From: Zygophlyctis sp. KS116
Taxonomy: Eukaryota; Fungi; Chytridiomycota
NCBI GenBank assembly: GCA_054661495.1
Contig: BAAFSQ010000074.1
Location: forward strand, 1 to 32,000
DNA: 32,000 nt
Direction: 5' to 3'
In this document: piece by piece, positions 1 through 11,436 of the stretch
Layout of the letters: every line of letters begins with the position of its first letter
How positions within the stretch are numbered: position 1 is the stretch's first letter
Translations under genes and position numbers: made by a program
The notes under the pieces: model-generated
Told to the model about the DNA's origin: nothing
The model's database searches: none
What the model saw: only the letters and a program-made list of their open reading frames with translations

Positions 1-329
1 CCTGATGTTTAACCCAACCAGCCGTTGGACTTGACCTGATGTTTAACCCAACCAGCCGTTGAACTTGACCTGATGTTTAACCCAACCAGCCGTTGAACTT
101 GACCTGAAGTTAACCCAACCAGCCGTTGGACTTGACCTGAAGTTAACCCAACCAGCCGTTGAACTTGACCTGATGTTTAACCCAACCAGCCGTTGAACTT
201 GACCTGATGTTTAACCCAACCAGCCGTTGGACTTGACCTGATGTTTAACCCAACCAGCCGTTGAACTTGACCTGAAGTTAACCCAACCAGCCGTTGAACT
301 TGACCTGAAGTTAACCCAACCAGCCGTTG
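1..329. repeat. Tandem array of a 33/34-bp unit CCTGA(TGTTT|AGTT)AACCCAACCAGCCGTTG(G|A)ACTTGA; candidate telomeric repeat or terminal satellite
   Basis: Nine full units start at 1, 35, 69, 103, 136, 169, 203, 237 and 271, with a partial unit at 304-329. There are no spacers and the array runs off the window start. The unit is about 50% GC and contains TAACCC on the + strand. Confidence is for the repeat itself; the telomere function is inference. Confidence 0.97.
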
Positions 330-399
330 CCCGTCCAAACCAAAATTTTAAAAATTATCTTGCGTATTCAAACTTATTGTGTAACAAACTGCTGACAAT

Positions 400-3300
400 A
401 TGATTCAAAATTTTAAAATTATAGACTCTATTCATGCTTCAAATGTCATCGCTCTCTCACACGATTCACAAATACTCGTCGTTTGTCAAATAGACAATGC
501 AATAATCTACAATCTAAATTCAGATTTTAAAACAGCATTCAATACATCTGATAAAATATCTGCTGCAATAGTATTGTCTTGTCATGGGGAAACTCCTCTT
601 TACTATATAATATTAGCAACGGTACAAGGACAGGTTTTTGTAGTGTCAAGTTTGGGGAAATTGGTTTATAAACAGTTTGTACACGTAAATATTACAGTCT
701 TAAAGGTTAACTATTCTCAAGACTTTATTTACGCTCTAAATGGGAATGTAATTATTACTCTAAAGATTTCTTTTACTGGATCACTGTTGGTATGCGAGAA
801 AATTAATCTATTGGGATCAGTAAATAAGGATGTTTGTATGTTGGGGTCAGAGTATAGAGGGGTTTTATCTCCAATAACAATAAATATAAATGGTCAGTCT
901 CTATATAACAAGTATGATAATGTAATTGTTGGTGTTGGGAAAAAGATTTCTTACTATGGGAGAATGGATAAAAGAAATGGATCTTGGGCAATGGGACAAT
1001 TGGAAGGGTCAATAGGGTAAATTGGGTTTTAGTAATTGGAAAGTGCGGTTTTTTCTATTGCAAAAAGTTTATGGAATACAGAGGATGAAAAAGTTACTAA
1101 TATGACAATTTTAGATTTAAATCCTTTAATCACACTACAAGATCATCGTAGGATATTTTTATATTTAATACTCTTAGCACGCATAATTAATAGGATTATA
1201 CTTTCACCTCCGCATCCATTAACTGGTAAATCTAGTTTAGCTGCATTGACGGACAACTTGGGGAGAATTTTGGTATTGGATTTGGACTCTGGAGAGATAG
1301 TACGGTTATATAAAGGTATGAGAGATGCGCAGGCAGGTTGGATTCTGAAAAAAGTTGAAATTTCTAGTAATTTGGGTTTGGAGAATGGTCCAAGATTAAG
1401 ATATGTTTTGTGTTTGGTTGCTTATTGTCCACGTGGTACTCTAGAAGTCTTTACAATGAAATATCAGAAAAGACTTGTAGGAATAGAAGTAGATCGAAAT
1501 TTGACATTGGTTTCTTCTGCTCATGCGCTTTTCGGTGGTCATCAGTTGCGTGTCAATCAAGTGAATCCGAATCCAACTGTTTCAGATTGTAATTGTTTTT
1601 TAATTTCACCGGCGGGACAAATTCAAAAAGTCGTTTTAGAGGATGATCTAGTCGTCCAGTATTTTGCATTTACTTACTCTTAGAAATTATATACGTCATT
1701 CTTGGGTTGGTGATATTGAAGATTTACTTTTGAAATATTCTGAAGATCCTTCATTATTTAATTCAAAAATTGGCGATATTATTGAAGATTTGACCATGGT
1801 TGATTTGGAAAAGGTTTGATCATTCAAAGTATAACAAAAAGGTTCTCAAGTTATGCAAACCCCAACTTACTATTGATGACTATCTGCAACTGCTAGAAAA
1901 TATAACTCTTATTGCCGGTCAAAAACAAAGTAATAATTCCTGGCTTCAATTACCGATTTTTGGCACGGACTTGTTATCTATTCGTGCTTTCAAATATCTC
2001 TCCAGTCCTCCCATTGATGTTCCCCAAGAAATTTCTCTTGAAAAGGTCGAATTATATTATCAGACATGCAGATTTTCTCATAAAACATCTAAGAAGAGCG
2101 CCGAAGGTCGAAAGCGTGATTACAATTGGACTGAATTTTTGTCTCTTTTCGAGCCATCCAAATCTACTTCATTTATCAAATTCAAAAAAGGAATTAAGAA
2201 AGCAGAAATCTGTACGTTTATTATCTCCAAAACACTGAATTTTTGGCCCCAATTCGATAATTTATATGATAAGTTGAGTTTGATTGACGAAGATTGGATA
2301 GTAACCCACTTGATATCTTACTTTTAGGTCTTGATCTCTCTATATATATCAGATAATGAAGTTTTATTAAGCTCTGATATAAAAATTATGGCGAAATTAA
2401 TGGATTTCATTGGATTTTTTTTGGGTAGGATCCTGAAGCACGAGCAGTATTTAGTTTTGAGAAAACTCTTGGACTCTTGTCAATCCACAACAGTAGTAAG
2501 AGGTTTCTTATTTTTGATTGCTAGGTTGAGTCTGCAATGCTCATATCATACATCATGAGTAAACATATAGGACCTGATCTTAAAGAAGTTTTCATGGTAG
2601 AAATTTTTATCCATAACTATAGATTCACACCAATTGGGCAAATTTACTCGAGAGATTACGAATGTGCTCTTTGTTTTCTTCAAGTCTTGATGCTTCTACA
2701 GTAAAGTCGCTTGGAATAAATGCGAAATCGTTTGGAGAAACAGAAAGGCTTTGCGTGAGCCGCTTATTGGCTCTTTCAAGAATTCGAAGCTATAGTAAAG
2801 GCGACACGGAGGAAGGGGATTTTGTTGATGTAGAAAAGATCCTTTTTTCACAGTTTGGTTATGAAATCAATCTTGAATTGGTTCAGATATATATGTCATT
2901 TGAGTTCGGTCGATTTTGGACAGATTTAAAGGAAAGGGGTAAATATTTTTTTGCAATAACGGATCAGATTGGCTTCAGAGATGTGTAGTAACCGCAGGAA
3001 TCATCGCCAGTGTGAATTTGCGGAATGCGTTAGCCTTGACTATTTTTTTTCAATTCATATCCACTAAACTGGAAAATATATTTACCATCATTGAAAAGGC
3101 TAGGAAAATACCAAGTGAAGCTATTTTAACACGTACCTGTGGATTAGACTGTAAGTGTAAAACGATTGATTATAAGTGAAGGATATCCCATTTTTTCTGG
3201 ATAACTGCCAGACTCTTTTGGAATTCATATCAGCTGATGAATATTCTACTCCACGTTACATGATGCAGGCGATTGAGGATGCTGTAAGAATCAGCGAAAA

Positions 3301-3658
3301 GAAGAGTTATTTATCAAATATGGCATATTATGATAATGCCATAGGAGTGATTATTGATTGCATAAATTCTTCCAAATCAGATTCTAAAATTTCGGGGTAT
3401 CTTTTGCATCACCACATTTCTATGATTCGGGTCTTGAAATATATTTTCCAGTACAATTTGAAAAATGTCAGGCCTCTACGCTTATTTGACTCAAATATAC
3501 ATTTTTGCTCATCGCTATATACATCTATCAACGTTTCTTTGCTCAGGGAGAACTCAATTGGTAAGATTGACAAGGAAAGAGATGCTTTTGTGGACAAAAT
3601 ATTAGAAGTGGATTCATCTCTCGTGCGTGAGGATGTGGTCATGGAAATCTCCTGGTAA
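400..3658 (+). CDS. RAB3GAP2: Rab3 GTPase-activating protein non-catalytic subunit (RAB3GAP2-like), multi-exon
   Basis: LAALTDNLGRILVLDLDSGEIVRLYKGMRDAQAGWI and LVAYCPRGTLEVF match the conserved RAB3GAP2 N-terminal domain. ORF pieces join through short GT-AG introns (e.g. 1659-1683, 1814-1841, 2301-2327; probably 1017-1043 and 1148-1177). The 3' exon structure and stop are only partly resolved. Confidence 0.8.
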
Positions 3659-3711
3659 AATACCACAAATTGCATTACGATAAACTACTAACGATAAACA
3701 CTAACAAAAAA

Positions 3712-5310
<1,599 letters not shown>

Positions 5311-5525
5311 TGTTTTTCAAGAGCAGTAATCCGTTGTCAGATGATTTGAAGCAAAAATTCTTGGGCTGATCGTGCGATCGCTTGGCTGATAAGACAATGA
5401 AAGTTTTATCTAGTGATCTAACTAGTGGCAGGGTAGCGTTGGAAAGCACTAGGCCGCCAACCAGCACTAGGCCACTAGACAAGTTTATGGGCTGATGAGT
5501 GTGTCAACCCTGTCGATAATACAAA
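5311..5525. promoter_or_regulatory. Bidirectional promoter region with clustered CACTAG motifs
   Basis: 215 bp between divergent ATGs, locally GC-richer than the flanks. AGCACTAGGCC at 5445-5455 and 5463-5473, CACTAG at 5473-5478, inverted CTAGTG at 5410-5415 and 5422-5427. Confidence 0.5.
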
Positions 5526-8016
5526 ATGAATCGCAAAATTCTAAAAACGCTCTTGACGCTCTTGATTGCTATTACTGTTTTTACATTCTCCAGAATTATT
5601 TCGAGGAGTTCTAGAGGAAACGCTTTAAAATCTAGAGAAATATTTAAAAAATCATTGGTGGAGTGTGAGGCTCATTCTTGTTTAATCACAAACTTGTATG
5701 TTATAAACAAATCTTTTCATTTGTTTCTAGAGAATCCAACAGAATACAATGAAACTGTCGTTTTCTCTGGAATCGGACAAGGGAGTTTTATTTTCGTTTT
5801 TTGGGATAAAAAGGTATTTCCTGAAAATGATAGGCATATTCCGGTATTTTTACATTCTATAGAACAAGGTTCAAATTTAAATCTACAATACTACAAAACT
5901 CCTATTGTACTTTTTTCAGTTTTATGGGATAATCTATTTCGGACACTTTATGCTGGTATTTCTCTATTTTAATAGAAATAGGAGCAGGAGTGTTTTATTC
6001 AATGGCTAGATTTAGATTTTACTTTCCAGATCATGTACAATTGATTCTAGTAGATGATAAACCAACTCCAAAGGGGTTTGTTCCTCTATTACAAGCTGCA
6101 GTAGATCCTGGGCCAAAGTTAAAATGGTGGGACTCTTTGAAAGATGGGATTTATAAAGGAGTAATAATGGGGATTTCAAGGGATGTGGTAGTAGAAGAAA
6201 TAAAACTAGAAAAGCATTTTGATTGGAGATTTAGTCTAAGGAATTTTGCGTTTCAATCTTTTGCAGAAAGAATTAAAAGGAATTTTTGGAAAAATTGTAA
6301 AAAAGACTTGAATCAAATTACAAAAATTCCAAAGGTTTTATTGATTTTAAGGACTGGATCTAAAAGAAATATTGTAAATTACAAGGTCTTGGTTCAAGCT
6401 CTTTCTAAACTACCGATTATATTAGAAACAAGTGTATTCTCTAAACTTTCACTAGACCAGCAATTTTGTATGGTTGGATCTTCTGATATTGTAATTTCTT
6501 TACATGGGGCTGCTCTATCACATGTTTTGTTTATGAAATCAAGGGCGTTTTTAATTGAAATATTTCCGTATAGTTTTAGAAAAACTATTTTCAACAATTT
6601 AGCTAATATGATGGGGGTTAATTATCTATATTGGCAAAATAATAGATGGTCTAATACCAAAACATTTTATAATCTGATTGAAGCAAATAAATTAACAAAT
6701 ATGACAAAGGAAAGAATACAAATGCTGCCGATTGATTGGTATAATATGGATTCAAAGAATTATTGGAGAAATCAAGATACAATAATTGATGTAATTATAT
6801 TCATTTTATTTTTTAGATACCGTCATTTTTAGATGTTTTACGTCTAGCCCTGTTTAGATTTGAAGAGAATCAGGGAGGTCAACCTCAGAAATTTTTAATT
6901 TATACTCCTTGGGAGCAGTTTAATAACCAAATTTTAGGATTGAAGTCGGCCTGTGCTTTAGCCACATTTCTGAAAAGGACTCTTGTCATTCCAATGGTTG
7001 GCTCTCCGAAAAGTACTTTGGAAGAAAGAAGAATGTTTGATCCTATAGACTATGAATGGACTTCATTTGACTTATATTTTGATATGCCGAAAATCTCAAA
7101 ACAACTTCCTTGCTCTACTATATCGTTTGATAACTTTTACTCATTATTTCGTGAGCGATCATTGGGAACCCTCAGATATCATCATATGTCTGATGAGGCT
7201 ACTTCAGAGTCTCAGTTTAGGAATTACTATAAAAATATTGTTGATATCAAATATGACAAACTTGAATGGGATCTTAAAGTAACATATGGCATGAATGAGT
7301 TGGAATTAAAAAAATTGCATGGCTCAGATAATTCTACCGTTCTTGCGCTTGGTTCAATGTTTTGGTATTATAACTTTGAAATTCTAGTCGAATACCCGCT
7401 TAGAAAATTCTATAACTATATGAATAATCCTCTGTATAGCCAAATAACTAATGGCCTTCAGTTTTCGGAACGACTGATTAGAATTGGCAGTTATCTCTTG
7501 TCTAAAATCAATGAGCCTTTTATTTCTTTCCATTTAAGAAGGGGGGATTATGCTCAAAAATGCGCTGAAATGATTGAAAAAGACCACAGCACGTTGGAAA
7601 ATCCAGATTTATCATCTGGAATGGCATATTACCTAGAAAAAAATCCCAAGGATGCTTGGAAATCCAATATCACACATCCACTTTTTGATTCTTGCTTTAC
7701 CCCACTTTTTTGGATACAAAAAACTATTCGGTCTCTGGATAATATAAGCAAAACCATATTTGTTTCTACTAATGCCGCATTTGATGAAAAACAGGAGATT
7801 TCAAAAGCTTTTGCTGATTTCAAAATACTTTATTTAGACGATATTCTCAATCCTGCCGATTCCATCAGAAATTCTTTGAATGGTATTGATTTGTCTATAT
7901 TAGATCAGCTAATTTGCATAAATTCAGCGCACTTTGTCGGAAACTTATATTCATCCTTTTCTAGGGCGATTATTGAATCTCGCGCAACAATGAACGGAAA
8001 ATGGTCTGTATTCTAG
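5526..8016 (+). CDS. Type II membrane double glycosyltransferase: GT61/DUF563-like domain fused to a GDP-fucose O-fucosyltransferase-like domain, about 812 aa
   Basis: N-terminal hydrophobic anchor ILKTLLTLLIAITVFTF. GT61 signature VISLHGAALSHVLFM...LIEIFP. O-FucT signatures PWEQFNNQILGLKSACALATFLKRTLVIP, FHLRRGDY and LDQLICINSAHFVGNLYSSFS. Introns 5956-5981 and 6791-6816 join the three ORFs in frame with no stop. Confidence 0.8.
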
Positions 8017-8098
8017 GGGTATATAGTAAAGATTTAATTTAGTGCAGACTACTTATTCTAGATGGTAATGATTTCACGGCAGAGCTCTGGGTTAGGAG

Positions 8099-8887
8099 AT
8101 GAAAATATGTAAGAGATTCGGCCTTGACATCTATGATCAATTAAGATTTGCTGTAGGAAAAATATGGGAGGTTGAGCAACAAATCAAAATTTTAAATCTC
8201 TCTAATGGAAAATTGTATATAAAAACTTTGGAAAATGATTGGCAGATATTTCTGGAAAAAGTTTTAAGCTTTGATGCAGGTTCATTTTTGTCTGTTTGCC
8301 TCGGTGACTCTACAAATATTTATTCATTTGATCTTCAACCTTTAAATACATCTAAATTACAGATGCAGAAAGTTTCAGCTGGAGTTCAGCATTGTATTGC
8401 ATTTGATACCTTAGGCAGAGTTTGGGGGTTCGGTTCAAATCTGCACGGCCAGCTAGGAATCAATACAATAGAAGTCTCAGAATGGCATATGAATCACACA
8501 CTTGAAGGGCTGAAAGTAGTTGATGTTGCAGCTGGAGACTTGTTTTCACTCTTTTTAACTAGTGACGGCGTTGTATATTCTTGTGGATCTAATACCTTTG
8601 GCCAGTTGGGAGTGCCCCTTCAAGGTTTTGAAGCAGTAGGTCAAAATATACCGAGACCAGTTTTTGAATCAGCGGCAGAGGTTAATTTGCAGCTTGCAGC
8701 GGGATCTAGGCACTCTCTAATACTAATGGGAGATTGTGTTTACGGATCAGGATGGAGCAAGTATGGGCAGTTGGGTGAAATTACTGGACAAATTCAAGGA
8801 TTTAAGCATATATTTACGAATCTACAAGTGTCTAAAGTAGAAGCTGAAAACTGGGAGTCAATACTTGAAATCTATGACCACTCTTGA
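8099..8887 (+). CDS. RCC1-repeat (beta-propeller) protein
   Basis: Three RCC1-type blades: VSAGVQHC...VWGFGSNLHGQLG, VAAGDLFS...VYSCGSNTFGQLG and LAAGSRHS...VYGSGWSKYGQLG. The true start is uncertain; an ATG at 8062 plus an intron at 8109-8145 is also in frame. Confidence 0.8.
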   Translation: MKICKRFGLDIYDQLRFAVGKIWEVEQQIKILNLSNGKLYIKTLENDWQIFLEKVLSFDAGSFLSVCLGDSTNIYSFDLQPLNTSKLQMQKVSAGVQHCIAFDTLGRVWGFGSNLHGQLGINTIEVSEWHMNHTLEGLKVVDVAAGDLFSLFLTSDGVVYSCGSNTFGQLGVPLQGFEAVGQNIPRPVFESAAEVNLQLAAGSRHSLILMGDCVYGSGWSKYGQLGEITGQIQGFKHIFTNLQVSKVEAENWESILEIYDHS

Positions 8888-8922
8888 GTCTATTAATAGA
8901 TATTCATAATCTTTATCAAATA

Positions 8923-11275
8923 CTACTCTGAATTTTCCCATCCTTTATCAAAGCAATAATAGTCTAGTGAAGTATTTGGATTTCCTGCCCATACTGGAAA
9001 ACTTATTCCGTTTTGATCTAGAGTAGCAATAGCCAGTTGTGCCAAAGAAACTCCAGAATCGATCGCAACAGACAGCACATAATTATACTTTTTCCACCAT
9101 TCATAATGATGCTTGAAAATATAACACTGAAATAGCCAAGATAAAGCGAGAGGAATAACTACACCGTTCTGAAAAGAGCCAGGGTTCGGATATCCAGTAG
9201 ACAAAATAGGAATATTTATATAATGCCAGAATTCAGCTTTGTAATACCTATTTCCGATCCATGGTATAATGGGCAGTACTGCTCCATACAAGAAGAACCA
9301 TAATAAGCTTTCATATATCGAGCCTGCTCCAAAAAACTTCTGCGGCCCTATAGCACCCCAAATTGCACCAGCGGAGTAAAAAGTACTATAAGAAATAGGA
9401 TTCCAATCTTCTGCTTTAAACAAAACATCTGAGAGTAATGATTCACTCCATATAGAGACACAGTTATTGATGATTGCACCAATGACTGTTCCGTATAATT
9501 GAGCGACAATCATATGTACAGGATTAATTTTCATATAATGACCCAATTTCAAATCTCCTAAAAGTGACAAAGCTTGAATAATAGTATTAGTGCCTAAACT
9601 TTTAAAAGCCATCACGGCTACTGTTTGCCCTGGGATAAGAAGCCCGATCACAAACTCTGTTAGAACATTCAGCCCCAGCTGAAGGCCTGTAATGGCTTGT
9701 ATCACGCCTATAGGGAGCAAAAAAAGCATTGTTATGCCAATACACAAAAAAACTGCCCAAACGGGCATGGTAAATGGAGTTGATACTGATACAATAACCT
9801 GAACAACGATCATCAATAGAAGAAACACCGCAAACACCCAGTCTGGTACGTCAGGATAAGCTTCCATCAATCGATTATGAATATCAGTCTCTTCATTTCT
9901 TTGTGCAATCGCTGCCCTAAATTGTTTCCAGATTGACCGTCCGTACCACAAAAATACATGGGATATGGCAGCTGTTATTGCCATAAAGCTTGTTCCATAT
10001 GAAACTTAAATTTAATCGAATAAAAAGAATACCAGCAAAAAAAGTGGTAATATGTATTGGACCGTGCTGGCTATATGCGGTTTCATTCATGTCAAATGTT
10101 TTACTGTCCATCAAATCTAACGGCCGAAAGTGCTGTCCATCTCTATTATAAAGATACGGATCATTTAATGTCCATTTTCCATTAAGCTCTTGGTCTTTTC
10201 CAAAAGCATTAGAAAAGAAGAGAATTGGCACTATTATCCATCCCCATACACTATTATTAGATTTCAAATACAATTTACATATTGCTTATCGCAAATTGTA
10301 ATGAAGCATAAAACGGCGTTGTTAAATACTGACCTCCAGCATAGTAAAAATCAGCCGTTAAGGAAAAAATTCCTGGTCCTGCACTTTCACCAGTTGACGA
10401 AAGAAATCTGGCAACATTATTGGAAGTTAGCAAGCAAATAATAGAAAATGATTGAAGTACAGTCATAAAATATTGTGGTATCCAAGAATATACAAAAACA
10501 GCAAAAGCGGACATCCAAAAAAACTTATACCTGGAAAGCTTATACCTTGAAAATATCTCTGTTTCGTCAACTTTTTCATGAAATCCCACAAATAATGCTA
10601 CTTGAGATAGATTACTGGGCCAGTACATAGAAGCCGGCTTGACCAGAAAACGCCGTAAAATTCCAGCTAATCCAAAGCCAATTAATTGCACTGACATGAC
10701 GAATGCAAGCGAATTGAAATAATTTATTTCTTGATTATTCTATATTTATTAATATTCGAAAATACCATAAATTTCGTAAATTTTTGAACCACCACATTAT
10801 CTACACCGTATGCTACTCCCCCTAAATACTATAAGAAGGAAGAAAAATACCTCCTGCTGCCGCAATTATCGTAATAAGTACGTGTTCTTTGATTGAAAAA
10901 GGCCCTGGATTGAGCGAAAATGCGTACGTTCCAATTCTAAATTCCTTTGATGGTAATACAGCGGCCATAATGATCCCCATAGGATAACTAAGTAGAGTGG
11001 CGACCGTTGATGGGATTGCAAACGGATTAGTTCTAAACATAAAGATTGAATTGATAGTTGCCAGCAGAATATTCCATAATGTCCCCAATATCAATACTCT
11101 AAAGCTCAAACTGGGAGTTGACGGATCATCTGTCGTCGGTACAATGGCTGAAACATACACGTTTGTTCTACACTATTAATACAGTAAGATCTTACGAATC
11201 TTTATCGCTTTCATGATCATAGTCTAATTCTTCATGATCATCGCTGTTAGATACTTTAGAGAAGCCAAATGCCAT
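8923..11275 (-). CDS. OPT-family oligopeptide transporter, copy 1 (6 exons, 737 aa)
   Basis: VPTTDDP, NPGPFSIKEH, GFGLAGILRRFLVKP, DLKLGHYMK and WWKKYNYVLS. Five introns of 28, 29, 26, 28 and 28 nt give a continuous frame. Confidence 0.95.
11059..11218. repeat. 160-bp near-identical segment shared by OPT copy 1 and copy 2 (partner 13578-13737)
   Basis: 159/160 identical by manual alignment (11155 A vs 13674 G), including the whole first intron. Confidence 0.92.
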
Positions 11276-11436
11276 AATTACCCCTGATTTTCTTTCTCCG
11301 CAGAGCTAAGTAACGGAGCCGCTTAGGTGGCTTTTGATCCTGTCCGAGCTCCAAAGTCTCAGATAATTTCATTTACTAAATCGTACATTATATTTATTAT
11401 AAATAATTTTATATCATGATGATTCAGTTCCAATAT

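Noticed and set aside
1-329. CRISPR array (repeat length 33-34 bp with a small internal palindrome)
   Set aside because: Units are directly adjacent with no unique spacers, there are no cas genes, and the context is eukaryotic.
3677-3705. Short duplication ACGATAAAC(T)ACTAAC between convergent genes
   Set aside because: Two imperfect copies in a 3' gap; most likely slippage, with no functional evidence.
5457-5465. Fragments of the terminal repeat elsewhere (CCAACCAGC here, AACTTGACCT near 29986, TTGACCTGAT near 31851), suggesting a Rap1-like dual-use factor
   Set aside because: Matches of 9-10 bp to different parts of a 34-bp unit are expected by chance in 32 kb.
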